Assembly (NCBI GenBank): GCA_001244265.2
Contig: CDLV01000004.1
Coordinates: forward strand, 2,542,001-2,606,000
Source of the DNA: Microbotryum violaceum
Lineage: Eukaryota
Length of the DNA: 64,000 nucleotides
Reading direction: 5' to 3'
Shown: piece after piece, positions 13,096-30,505 of the stretch
How the letters are laid out: each line of letters starts with the position of its first letter
Position numbering within the stretch: position 1 is the first letter of the stretch
The notes under the pieces: model-generated
What the model was told of the DNA's origin: nothing
Databases searched by the model: none
What the model saw: only the letters and a program-made list of their open reading frames with translations
Made by a program: the position numbers and the translations under genes

Positions 13096-15955
13096 TGCTG
13101 TGCTTCAAGTGGTCGTATTTATCGCAGAAACGATGAGAGCGCGGAAGTAAAGCCTTCCGATAGGTGAGGGTGCACGACACCGAGAAGTCAGGACCACAAT
13201 GTAGAGCGAGTGATAATAAGTATTCCATAACTAACCTTCCGATAGGTGAGGGTGCACGACACCGAGAAGTCAGGACCACAATGTAGAGCGAGTGATAATA
13301 AGTATTCCATAACTAACCTTCCGATAGGTGAGGGTGCACGACACCGAGAAGTCAGGACCACAATGTAGAACGAGTGATAATAAGTATTCCATAACTAACC
13401 TTCCGATAGGTGAGGGTGCACGACACCGAGAAGTCAGGACCACAATGTAGAGCGAGTGATGAGAAAGCTACCAAGAGTAAACAGCCGCGCGGAAGAAAAG
13501 CCCCGCGCGCTCCCTAACTTAAACAGATCAAACTCCAATACCAAAGTGACTAATGACTAAACGCACGCGCATCCGCGCAGATACCACAGGCACAGACACA
13601 TATCAAACGACACTCCCACATGCCAAGGTAGCCAGCGAGACCATCCCGAGTCCTTCGCGATGCGTAGAGAACTTGAGCTTGGATAGGGGTTTTGTCAAGA
13701 TGTCGGCCGTGTTCAGATCGGTCGGACAGTAGCGGAGGTCGATATCGCCAACCTCGATTCGTTCGCGTAAATAGAAATGATGTACATTCCAATGGCGAGT
13801 ACGACCTCGAGCTCCAGGATTCTTCGCCAAATCGATGCAAGGTTGGTTGTCCTCGTGCAGAACAGTAGATCGACCTTGATTGATGCGAAGTTCGGACGCC
13901 AGGTTGCGAAGACCGATAGCCTCCTTGGCTGCGGTTGAAGCAGCCAGAGTCTCAGACTCTGCTGTAGAAGAAGCAACCATCGTCTGTTGTTTCGACTTCC
14001 AGGAAATAGCAGCGCCAGCCATGATAACGACATACGCTCCCACAGATCTGCCCTTGTTGTGATCGCAACCAAACGACGCGTCACTGTACACCTCGAACTT
14101 GGTAGAACCGCCTACGCGGTAGAGTAGCCCATAGTCGACGGTGTCAGAAAGATAGCGAAAGATTCGCTTGACGCAGATCCAGTCTCCTTCGGTTGGAGCA
14201 GCCACGCACTTCGCCACCGCACGAACGGAAGTCGCGATATCGGGACGAACACGTTGCGCAGCGTATTGTAAAGCTCCCACAGCCGATTGATATACAAGGA
14301 TGTCGGAGAACGGTGCGGTAGAAGACGAGATGACGCGATCCTCCATGGGAGTCGCGACCGGCTTCTTCGACTTGTTTTCGAAAGTATAGTGTTCGAGTAA
14401 GCCTCGAATGTACTTCGATTGGTGGACGAAGATGAAATCCTTGGTTCGAACAAACTCGAGACCGAGGAACGTCTTGACCGGGCCAAGTCGCTTGAGCTTG
14501 TAGACTTCATCGAAAGCCGAAATCTTGGAGTCCAGAAAAGCCTGGTCGTTCGATGCAGCAAGCCCATCATCAACATATAATGTGATGATCGCAAACGACT
14601 TGCCATGATACTTGAAATACAGACAAGCATCGACATTTGAGCGCGTATAGCCGCGATCCGTCATCAGCTTGTGGAGAGCCGCGTTCCATTGCCGAGGAGC
14701 TTGCTTGGTGCCATACATGGATTTCAGGAGCTTGAGAGCGTGACCGGGCCGAGAACCACCAGTCCATCCCTCAGGAACCTTCATGTAGATATCCTCTTCC
14801 ATGATCCCGTTGAGAAACGCAGAATCATAGTCGAACTGTTCGAGGACGAGTCCGAGAGCGGCAGAAATCGCGATGAGAAACAAGATCGTCGTGATCGACG
14901 AGACAGGAGCAAACGTCTCGTTGTAGTCAATTCCAAGTCGTTGAACAAAGCCTTGGATGACGAGACGAGCCTTGTAGCTGATGATGTTGCCTTCAGCGTC
15001 TTCCTTCCGAGTGAACACCCAACGATAGCCCAGGGCGCGAGCCCCGGTGGGTAGCCTCGTAAGCTTGAAGACCTTGTGCAACTTGAATGAGCCCAACTCC
15101 TTCTCAGAAGCGGCCATCCAGTGTTTGGCCTCAGAAGAGGCCATCGCTTCCGCAAACGTCTTGGGAAGCGGGGTGTGACGAGACGAAACCATAGCAATGA
15201 GCTCTGGTGGATGACGGTAGACCGAGCGAGTAGACACGACACGAAGGGCGTCTGCACGACGCTGAGCACGCAGGCGAGTCGGTAAAATATTGCCGGCATC
15301 GACGTTCTCGAGCGCACCGGGGTTGCCGCCGACACGGTAAGGTCGATACTCGTAACCATCCTCAGGAGGTAATGGTTGATCGTGTTCCGCAGGGCCGTCG
15401 TAATCGTCACTGTCGATAGCCTCAACTGCTTCCTCGCGTCGATGATCGATCGGGTCCTCTTCAACTTCGGCGTCTTCGGCCAACGGGCCGACAGCCGGTA
15501 AAGGAGGAGGAGCAACGTCGTCATCGTCCATATCTTGGAAACGAAGAAGAGGAGCGGGAGCTGGCCGAAAAGCCGGACCAAGCTCGGGTACGAGCGCAGG
15601 CCGTAAAGCCGGAACTTCTGCCTCGGGAAAGAGCGCAGGCCGTAAAGCCGGAACTTCTGCCTCAGGTACGAGCGCAGGCCGTAAAGCCGGAATCTGCTCC
15701 AAGCCAGGAAACGGCAGTTGATGTACTAACTCGTGTTCCTGTATAGGTTCAACTTCGTAGATGCGAGGCTCGACAGCCGAGTCCGCGATCGAAGGAGCCT
15801 TGTCGGAGAAGGTGACATCGGAAGAGACAACGATCTTGAAAGACCGACCGTGTTCGACGCGAACCTTGTAGTTGTACTCCCCGAATAGCCGAGGAAAGTA
15901 CCCTTGACAGTATGGTCATCGAGCTTGTTGTGGATTTGGACTTGGAGTACCAATG
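13096..15955 (-). mobile_element. 5'-truncated Ty1/Copia (integrase C-terminal remnant, RT, RNase H, 3' LTR about 13096-13612)
   Basis: ORF 13603-15702 has [34 protein letters not shown] and ADILTKPL. A purine tract precedes the TGTCG LTR start at 13612 (minus). The distal LTR end is approximate. Confidence 0.88.
13153..13460. repeat. 82-bp tandem repeat (~3.7 copies) within the Copia LTR
   Basis: The unit ccttccgataggtgagggtgc... starts at 13153, 13235, 13317 and 13399. Confidence 0.93.
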
Positions 15956-16665
15956 AATGAATGAAGATTCGCTGTAGCTACACGGCGTTGATAGATGACC
16001 TATTGTGAGATAGAGTATCGCCAAGGTCAATCAACTTGTAGCAGGCGAATGGGCGAGATAGATATTGAGTGTGTGTTTAAATGTATTACAACTAACCTAT
16101 TGTGAGATAGAGTATCGCCAAGGTCAATCAACTTGTAGCAGGCGAATGGGCGAGATAGATATCAAGTGTGTGTTAAAGAAGAAGGAGAGAGTGAACGAGA
16201 CCAGAGCCTTAGATAGTATCCGCGTGCAAGCCACCTCTGAGTCCAATCAATACGCCACACCGCCATCTGCCTCCATCCGGCGCCGCGCCACGCGCGCGCC
16301 AACTTCCCAATGCCACAAGTCCCTCTGGACCGCTGACCCTTTACTAACTTCCCACAACACTCCCACTGGTCAAGGCTCCAAGGGATACCATCCCCAATCC
16401 ATCACGATGAAGTTCGAACAAGTTGCGAGCGAGCGGCTTGGTGAGAAGATCCGCAGTCATGGCTCCTGTCTTGCAATACTTGATTCGAATGTCGCCAGTC
16501 GTAACTCGCTCGCGAATGTAGAAGTGATGCACACTGTAGTGCTTCGTCCTACCATGATGAGCCGGGTTCTGTGCGATCGCGATCACCGCCTGATTGTCCT
16601 CCCAGAGAAGTGTAGATCCAGGCTGTTGAATCTTGAGATCCGCAGCCAGGCGTCGAAGCCACATG
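15956..16665 (-). mobile_element. Second Copia fragment (RNase H C-terminus plus LTR with internal ~97-bp duplication)
   Basis: ORF 16344-16664 has [26 protein letters not shown]. An LTR-like region follows, with acctattgtgagatagagtatcgcc duplicated. Confidence 0.8.
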
Positions 16666-16672
16666 GGGATTG

Positions 16673-19600
16673 GTGAAAGCGGCTACGGTCAAGCACGATC
16701 GGATGGTCAAGGGCAAATCAATGCGAGGCTTTGTGCGGTCCGAAGCGCTGCGTGACTTCGAGCAAGCCATGGCGCTGGCGTCTCCGATGGCTCTGAGAGT
16801 ACTGCAGGCTACAATCGGCGCATCCACAAGCTGAAAACTGCAGTGAGTACCGTCATTCTTTCGTTCTTCCAATTCAACCTCATACTGAAGGATCGAGGTG
16901 CTTGCAGAATGGACCGAGCGACATCAGGCAGGATGCGCCTCGGCCTCGACAAGTCCAACATGGATCGTGTCTGCGCCAAACTCGAAGCAGACGACTTAAC
17001 GTTCAATTTACACGTAGACGACACGAAGTGTCGATCCAGGATGCGAACCACTCCATACTACTCAGAAGACCTCATTTTAGAGCGCGGACTACGTACGAAG
17101 GGCATATTCCGCCACGAGCTGATCGGATCAATTGGTCCGCCACGCATCTACGAAACTCCGGGTGAACTCCCTGATATGTTCAGCGGACCTGACCCCCCGG
17201 TTGCTGGAACCAAAGTGAGTGACAGTGATTCTTTTAAGTTTGTACTTCATTTCCACGAGGCTTTAACATGCGTCGCCTCTTCATTCAGATCCGAGCTTAC
17301 ATGATAGCACCGAACGATGTTGGCTCCCCAGCACAGGTGTTTGCCGGTTTTGTGATCGGCGAAACTACGAACGCGGAGGACGCGACCGAACAGTTACATT
17401 CAGTGATACAAGAGATAATAAAACGTTGCGTCGCACACCTTCTGGTATCCATCTCCGCAGATGGTGCGGCAAGCGAGGGTGTGCTGCAACGTAATGTTGC
17501 CGTCCTTCTGCGCGATCAGGGTGGCGCTGTTGCTCAAACCGGATCAAGGAACGCGTCATCATACACCCTCCCCTCCCCAGATCCGGACGGAGTGTTTCCT
17601 GAGATCATTATATCGACCGTCAACGTCGCGGGAACGCCGATAGTCTTCTGTCGGGACGAAAAACACCTGGCCAAATGTCTGAGGAACGCTATCGACTCTG
17701 GAGCAAGATTGCTGTTCGGCGGTCTCGGATGCATTGCCTACCAGGATATGCTCACCATCCTGGGCGGACTGGAGTCGCGTCGTACTCTGTCTCGTCGTGA
17801 TGTGGTCGGGCGTGATCGTCAAGACGACAATGCAACACATCGGGCATTCTCCAAGGCGACGCTCGAACTCGTAACCGAACTCGCTGAAGACAAAAAACTC
17901 GACCCCGATGCGGTCGTATATCTCTTCCTATGTGGCGAGTTACACGATGCCATCCAGAACCGGTCGCTTCAGCCCCTTGAACGTATCAGGATGTTGCTCG
18001 TTGTCAGATATACGTTCAAGGCGTGGTATGACTTTGTCCGAAGTCGCCCCGGATCTAGCTCTCACTCGTTCCTCGCCAAAGAAACGCTTGATGGGGTCAG
18101 GAAGATGGTTGACTCAACGATTGCTCTCGTCCGCAACTACCGAGATTTTTGGCCGAAGGAATCGTTTATTCCCTGGCGGCATGGCACAGAATTGGTGGAG
18201 CACTTCTTCGGGGTATACGCCAGATTGTAAAGGAGTTCGATGCTCTAGAGTTCTTGCAGGTGCGTTCTTCATGAATCAATCTAATCTATACAGTAGTGAA
18301 CCCGGCTAGAACCCGACAGGCAACTGGCAAAGTCACTGCACTCTTGGAGCTCATGAGGAAGTTTAAGACCGAGGCGGCGGGATCACGTCAAGGCTACCAT
18401 CATACCTACAACGACCTCGACGATCTTGACCTTGTTGCGATGCGAACGTACCCCAGTGATGGCGACATCTCTCTCACCAGTTTTGCAGCGGCAAATACTG
18501 CGCGTGAACTGCTTTCAGGTTTACGCATGCGGGAGCCTGTGCAACGCATCGCGTCCAACAGACGCAACCAAGGTCCGCAACCTGACATACTCGTCGAGGA
18601 CGTACTTGCCCGTGGCACAACAATTCAAGGTAAGGGGTTGCGAACGATTTGGTCTATAAGTGATGCGTATCTGACACGGGATACCATGCCCACTTGAAGT
18701 AGATCTTGAAGACCATCATCCTACCAAGGAAGATCAAGGTCTGCTCCGCACCGAATTGCTGGATTCTGCTCTTGATGGCATGCGGCGTAGCACGTGCCAA
18801 GGTGTTGTGAAACTGGACCCAAACGAGCGGGAAGCTGTCGACCGTGCGATTCGATCGCTTGCAGCTCTGGACTTTGACGTTGAGGCAGCCTTGTGAGTGG
18901 ACACTTCTCTGTGCCACGTGCGCTGAAGCGTTCTTCTACCTTTTAATCCGGACTCATATGGTTCTCCTTTCTCATTGGCCAGACTCGACGTGCAAATCGC
19001 TTACGACGAAGCTGTCAGACAATCTGAGGAACGCTACGTACTCGAGACCATTGAGAAGGCAAACAGCTCATTACGTCCAATCGTGCGTCTACCAAGCTTG
19101 ACTAGCGTAATTTCGATCTGAACTCATGCATCTTCGGTACTATAGAGCCTACACACTTGAAACTTCCGCCTCTTGTTGATGCTTGCGATACCAGTTTCTC
19201 GCTGAACTGGGCCAGCTTGATTGCCCATCGAGCTGCTCATGAGTGTAGCCACCTCAGAGCTGTTCTACTCAAAGGGAGGCCAATGGAATTGAGCGACACA
19301 AGTCGCGGAGAGGCAGGCTTAGAGATTAGCAATACAGAGCAAGGACCCAGTGCAGTACATTCACGCGTCTTGAAAGGGTTGGTGCAGTCCATGGGACCAT
19401 CTCGCTTCGAAGACATTGCGGGCACCGCAAGGAGCTTTCGCTGGACTGGAGGTGGCCAGGTGGCCCGAGCACTCACAACAAACGAGATTCAGAAGAACGC
19501 CTATATTGAGGACGGCCACATTCAAGTGAGTTGTTGCTGAATTTAGGAACGAAGGCAGCTGGATCTAATGTTTTGCCGGTCCTATACTTTTAGGAAAAGC

Positions 19601-20304
19601 TCCCTGAGAGAGACAAGCAGTACGGAGCGCTAGCACAACGCTATCCTCATTTTGGATCGCTTGACGGAGCTGTAACCGCTGCCACACCATTTGATATTGG
19701 ATCTCTGATCTGCTTTGGCCTCAAGTGTGGCATGCATTCACTCAGCTGCGATCAAACTGTTTATGGAGAAGAAGCGCTGTCTATCGGAATTCGTACGCGC
19801 GTTGTTTTGAGTGGCAGTTGAGGAAGTTCTCGTTTGACACAAGTATTGTGTCCTACAGTGCGACACATCTACAGCAAAGTGACAACAAACCACTGCAACC
19901 AAGACACGTTTGCCTCGTTGGTTCTACTCTCAAATGTCGTCGTACAGGAGCTTCGCCTCATCAAGAAAACATGCTATTCCACACACCTCATTGATGGCAC
20001 TATGCCGTTCCGCATGATTGATGGTCAACAGGCCATCGAGTCATTAGGCCCATCAACGACTACATATCGTTCAACCACGGACCTTACCTCATGTTACCCG
20101 GACGAGCGCCTAATCAGCACGAGCGCACATGCCGAGCAAAGGTTTGCCGCCCTTCGGAGCGTGCCCGGCCTGCGAGATGCCGCCGGCAGAACCTCTACAA
20201 GTCGCACAAATGCCACCGCGGAAACAAGGAGCTCAACTTCAGCAAAAAGGAAGTCTGACAACGAAGCAGCGAGCCAGCCAGCAAAGCAAGGAAGGCTTGT
20301 TTGA
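16673..20304 (+). pseudogene. P-element/THAP9-like DDE transposase, intron-containing, 5'-truncated
   Basis: LHVDDTK (D1), SISADGA (D2), RDEKHLAKCLRN (P-type DxxH..K..RN), RDRQDD and HGTELVEHFFG (E). Long C-terminal exons run to 20304. In-frame TGA near 16832. Confidence 0.75.
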
Positions 20305-20540
20305 AGCGTGGAGCCACGCGCAACACCAGCCGAAGCGACGCACGCCGCAAGCCACTTTCGATAGGCCGCCGCGCGCCCGCAAATGCTCGGAACGCGTTTT
20401 CGAGGACTTTTGAGCGATTTTTGGAGCATGTAGAACACAATTTAAAAATATTTCCGAGGCGCATGCGAAATTTTGACATTTTGGGGCCAAAATAGGGTAA
20501 AAAACTTTGACAAAAAGGCAAAAAAAGGGCGTTTTTCCGC

Positions 20541-20571
20541 ATGCGCCTCTGGCTGGGCTTTCGGGGGTCCT
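20541..20571 (-). repeat. Right TIR of the P-like element
   Basis: atgcgcctctggctgggctttcgggggtcct immediately followed by the TSD ggcttacg. Confidence 0.92.
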
Positions 20572-20580
20572 GGCTTACGG

Positions 20581-25411
<4,831 letters not shown>

Positions 25412-25811
25412 CTTTGAGATCCCGGAAAACTACTCGAAAGCTCAGCCCAGGCCAATCTGCATCTCGGAAATTTGTAGTACTTTTCGGGCCCGTTCGTGCA
25501 TTGTAACCTGCTAGGACACAAGGTGACTTTTTTCAGTAGGGTATTTTCATCGTTCAATAGAGCTTACACCGGCATTCATACACCCCTTAAATGGGGACAT
25601 TCGGATTACAAATCGGCCCAAACAAGTTCAGGTGTGTCGTAGTAGTTGAATTGAGCTCAAGATCCGAGTTCGAGTCAGGACAGCGCGTGCACGCGGGCAA
25701 GTCCTCCCTACCTGATACTCACCGACACCCTTGGTATCTTCCTAGCACCATCTCATTCTCGACGCTTTCTTTCCTCTCTCGCCTTCCCGCCTTTTCTCAC
25801 ATCCATCAATT

Positions 25812-26988
25812 ATGGTTCGCAACGCCGGCAAGTTCGGCAAGGCTAAGCGCGGAGGAGGAAGACAGTACGTGGCTCGTCCCCCCTTCATCCTTCTCAGTCG
25901 GGAGTAAATGGACAACTTGCTCGATCTTCGCTCCCCCCCCCCCCCAAAACACACACCCACCCAGAGTGCAGAAGTACCTGGCAAAGATTGATCTCGAGCC
26001 CACTTTGTCTTCCTCCTCCCGTCTACCTACCTCAGCTTCTCGCGCGATCTCTCTCGCTTGGACACCGATGGGAACTCTCAACAACTGGAAGGCTCGAACG
26101 ACTCGGATGAATCCAGCAGCGAGGGAGAGTCCTCGTCCGATGAAGAAGAAATGCCCGCAACCCGCGTAGGTGAACTCCCACCCACTGCTGAATCAGACGA
26201 AGACGAGCCCGAGGACGAAGGGCTCGTACGCAACCTCAACTCGACCCGGCTCACAACCCCGAGTTCGTTCTCGGGATCGGCACCATCGAACGCCTCGACC
26301 GACTTGCCTCGCCGAGGGCATGTCAAGACAGCCGATCAAGTCGCACAAGCGAGAAAGGACAAGAAGGCTGCCAAGAGTGGAGGGCAGGCCGCGACGAGAG
26401 CGCTGGGCAGCGATAGCGACAACGACGGCGACGATGCGCTCGACATGATGAACGCCAACAAGAAACTCAACAAAGGGATCAAGCTCGGCGACTTGGGTGC
26501 TCCCAAGGAGATGTCGAGGCGCGAAAGGTTTGTCAACGTCGCATGTTCCTAGCTCGGCAACTAGGAGTCACCCTTACAAGCTTTTCAATTGTGCCCACCT
26601 CCAAGGGAACAAGCCGACAAGAAGGCAGCGGCCGAACGCTATGCCAAACTGCACGCCGCTGGAAAAGTGAGTCCCCAGTCATTCAAAAAGCTTGGTGCTC
26701 CAACCATTCTATCTTGTTCCTTCTTGCTCAAAATCGTCGACGCTGTTTCGATTGATCATTCAGACCGATGCCGCTCGCGCCGATCTCGCTCGACTGGCCG
26801 AGATCCGAAAACAACGGGAACAGGCGGCAGCTCGTCGCAAGGCCGAAACCGATGGTGAGGTGGCGTGCGTGCATGGCAAACGCGGACCGAATCTTGCTTG
26901 AACTGATCAGCCATACGTTCCCTCAGCCTCAGAAGCCTCGCGCCAGGCCGCGATGGAGAAGAATGGTCGCAAGACGGCCAAGAAGTAA
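25812..26988 (+). CDS. PDAP1: 28-kDa heat- and acid-stable phosphoprotein (PP28/PDAP1 family), 5 exons
   Basis: MVRNAGKFGKAKRGGGR.FSRDL, acidic tract, EMSRRER|EQ..AERYAKLHAAGK|TDAARADLARLAEIRKQRE. GT-AG introns. Stop TAA at 26986-26988. Confidence 0.85.
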
Positions 26989-27409
26989 TCATTTTCGACC
27001 CGTCTTCGGTTTTGTGTCCTTCTTCACGTTGTATGATTCCTACCTCGAGTGTGCAAATCGCAATCCGTTGTAGTTGTGGAGACTTGTCGAACCCACAGAG
27101 AGTCATGTGGTCTCAGTCCGAAATATTTCCGGGTGGTTCGCAAAAGCGCCTTGAAGCTTGGAGCGCGAGAAAAATGAAGTTCACACAGGCAGGTGCGACC
27201 ACCACTACGCAGCAAAGGCCCGGATCACAGCAAGTCCAATAAATCCTAGGCACTACGAATACCACGCAAGCTTTGAACCAGGGGTGTTGCTACTGGATTG
27301 AACGCACAGCCCGAGCATCGCACTCGCATCATGATCGGCGGGGTCGCAGATTGCCCCAAAAAGGCTTCTCGCTCTCGCCGTCATCTCGAGTGCTGCTCGT
27401 CGAGTGAGG

Positions 27410-30400
27410 ATGCCCCTATCGCTGGCGACCCGGTCCTTGCCCGACCTCAGCCAACCACTGCAAGACGACGAGAACGATGTCGGATACTCGGAGGAGGAGG
27501 ATGACGCCGAGCAAATGTACTCTGACCCGATAGCGCCTCCTTCACCCCCGCTGCCACCACCACCACTTGACCACAACGACCGCCACGACGACCCCCGCGA
27601 TCCCCGTGACGGCGGCGCTAGCCACCGTAGCAGCAAGTACATCCACTCGAGTCCTAAGCGACGACCACGAACCCATTCTCAATCCAGCAGAACATACTCG
27701 AGCCCGAGGTCGTTCGGCTCTGCCCGAAACCATCGCCACGATCTCAGCCTCGAGCAGCCCGCCAGTGACGGTGACTATGCAGCGACTGTCGGCGAATCGT
27801 CATCGATCCTGATCACAACCTCGAGACCACGGGAGCACGACTCAATACCAAGCTCGACGACGTCCTTCTACCACGACGCCTTGCGCGATCAGCAGCAGCA
27901 GCAAGACCATCGTCGACCTTCGCTCAAATCCTACCCAACCAGTACGAGCGTCCACGACCACTCTTCAAGATCCGGCACACCCGGAATCGACCACCATGAT
28001 GCTAGTTCGATCCATTCGGCACCCGAGCTGGAATACCACAACGCGAGCTACACGAAGGATGACTCGCGCATTGATCCTTCGCAAGGAGATGGAGACGGTG
28101 GCGAGGTGAGTTCGCCCCGCGCCGATGCGCCGCTCAGTCCCAATACCTCCTCAGCAGATCGCAGCTACGGGAGGAGTCAGCGGAAAGGAAGCGGGTCTGA
28201 AGTGTTCCATAGACTTCTGCCCTATACACTGTGGGACTACCTACAAGAAGAAGTCCGTACCTCTCACAGTGAAGACGGTGGAGTCAGGCAAAAACCCGGC
28301 CGTGGGATCGATTCTGATCTCGGCTAACTCGTTCCACCTCTTGCGCCAGGTCATGTCGGTGGAAGTTGACGGCGAGCAAGGTGTCAAGAGTGAGCGTGTG
28401 ACCAACTTTTTGACCGTTCCAGGCGAACTTGAAAGGGTACGCTCGTGCGTCTCGCCAGTCCGGCAAGTTTCCTAGCTCACCGTAGCTTGCGCCACTCTCC
28501 CACTTAGATCATCATCTTTGGCGTCATCATCTGTTTTGACTCGTTCCTGTACATCTTTACCATTTTACCCTTGCGAACGCTAGTTGCGGTCTACACGTTC
28601 GTCATCAATACGGTCTTCAACCTTCGCCTACCTGTGTTTCGCCGCTCGCAACCTCGAAGAATGCGCCTCTCTCACAAATGCGATCTTGCCAAGGCCGCAA
28701 TATTTGTGCTGGCGATGATCGCTTTACACAGAATCACGGATGCCAGCAAGATGTATCACTCCGTCAGGGGCCAGGATACGATAAAATTATACGTCTTGTT
28801 CAATGTGCTCGAGGTACATCACCCCAAAACCGACTGCGATCAGATCAATCCGACGCATCTGACTTCCCTTGTTCCCTTCACGCGCCAGATCGCGGACCGG
28901 TTATGTTGCTCGTTCGGGCAGGATCTACAGGACTCGCTGTTCTCCCGGCAGACGCTGGGCAGGCGGACAAATGGCTCGCATCCTCGTATCAGGCCTCTCG
29001 CTCTGTTCGGTCTGACTGTCGTCTACGTCGGTGAGCAACCTCGAGTGAGATCTGCCAACGTCTCGCGCGCTGAAGGATGGCCTCGACCTCGCAGTCGCAC
29101 ATACGTTGGTGCTATTCTACCAACTCGTCACCCTCAATGTTGCCATCAACTCGTACTCCAACGCTCTGTTGACCCTTCTCCTGTCGAACCAGTTTGTCGA
29201 GATCAAAGGCAGTGTCTTCAAAAAGTTCGAAAAGGAGAACCTGTTCCAGTTAACTTGCGCAGGTGGGTCGAGTCTGAACATATATTAAGATATCCACTGA
29301 AAAGTGTGCTGACGCGCATTGTCTTGGGTCAGACGTTGTTGAGCGGTTCCAGCTTGGCATCATGCTTTTCATCATTGCGCTCCGCAATCTCGTCGAGCTC
29401 TCCTCCACCGCGGCGATTCCTCTCTTCCCGTTCTTGGCTTCCTTCCCTACCTCGCTTTCCAAGCTGCCGACACCTAGTTCACTGGCGCTTCTTCAAACGA
29501 TCTTCTCCCCCGCCATTGTCGTGCTCATGAGTGAATGCTTCGTCGACTGGCTCAAGCATGCGTTTATTACCAAATTCAACCACATCCGACCACAAGTATA
29601 TGGAAGGTTCATCGATGTCTTGTGCAAAGATCTCGTTGTCGGAGCCAAAGGAACAAGACGAGAGCAGGTATGTCGAGGCGCATCGTTCGCGCGTTGCTCA
29701 CACATGTGCGCTGTTGACGACCCCTCCCCTTGCCCACTACGCGTACCCACAGCCCTTCGTCGACCAATCTCCTGTTGTCGCACGTCGTCTGGGTTTTGCG
29801 GCGCTTCCGTTGGGCTGTCTCGTTGTGCGCGTTATCGCGCAAGCGTTCGAGATGCTCGTCGACGACTCCGCAATCGACGAATGCGCGATGCCCTCGACAA
29901 ATTCGATGAACCCGACTGGTGGAAGCGTGTTGAAAGGTGGAGGTGTGGAAGAAGGGTGGGGTGATTTGAGGGGATGGGCCGTGATCGCATTGGTCGTGCT
30001 GATCGGATGGATTTGGTCAGCTTGTCGTGACGGCGTCTGATCGTTCGGGTGTTACTGAGCCAACAAGTAACGATTCCCTTCTCCTTCCCTGCAGCCTGGT
30101 TGCTCTCAAGCTGCTCATCGGGTATGTTGCCTTTTCCGCTCTTCATCTTTCTGCGCAAAAGTGCTTACGAAAGATCGACACCTCTTCAGCATCAACCTTC
30201 GCTCCTTCGCCTCGGAACGCTGGGTCTCGATGCAGCAGCGCGAACTCGAAGACCAGCTCAATGATCGTGGACGAGCCAAGATCGGTGTAACACCAGCAGA
30301 AGCCGTAAGTCTGACCTCTTACGTGATCGTGCAACCTCGGAGACATGCAATGACTTGGCAGTAATATGTCGTCGTGACGCAGTCAATGGACCATCAAGTC

Positions 30401-30505
30401 GAGCGTTTACTCAAGGATGACATCTTTGACGCGAACGAGAGGGGTCGCAAGATCAGCCTGGCCAGTTTGTCAAGGTATGATATGATTCGGAGCCGATTGT
30501 GGTAG
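27410..30505 (+). CDS. EMP65: ER membrane protein of the DUF747 family (Emp65/TAPT1), multi-exon
   Basis: ERVTNFL.VP, DSFLYIFTILPLR, DASKMYHSVRGQDTIKLYVLFNVLE, NALLTLLLSNQFVEIKGSVFKKFEKENLFQ, VDWLKHAFITKFN. Ends RYDMIRSRLW*. Confidence 0.92.

Larger units (their letters stand above)
8150..20571 (+). mobile_element. Large TIR DNA transposon, P-element-like (31-bp TIRs, 8-bp TSD GGCTTACG)
   Basis: TIRs at 8150-8180 and 20541-20571 match at 30/31. GGCTTACG is duplicated at 8142-8149 and 20572-20579. Internal P-like transposase at 16673-20304. Confidence 0.85.

Noticed and set aside
13153-13460. Repeat-spacer array
   Set aside because: The whole 82-bp unit is repeated, so this is an LTR-internal tandem duplication.
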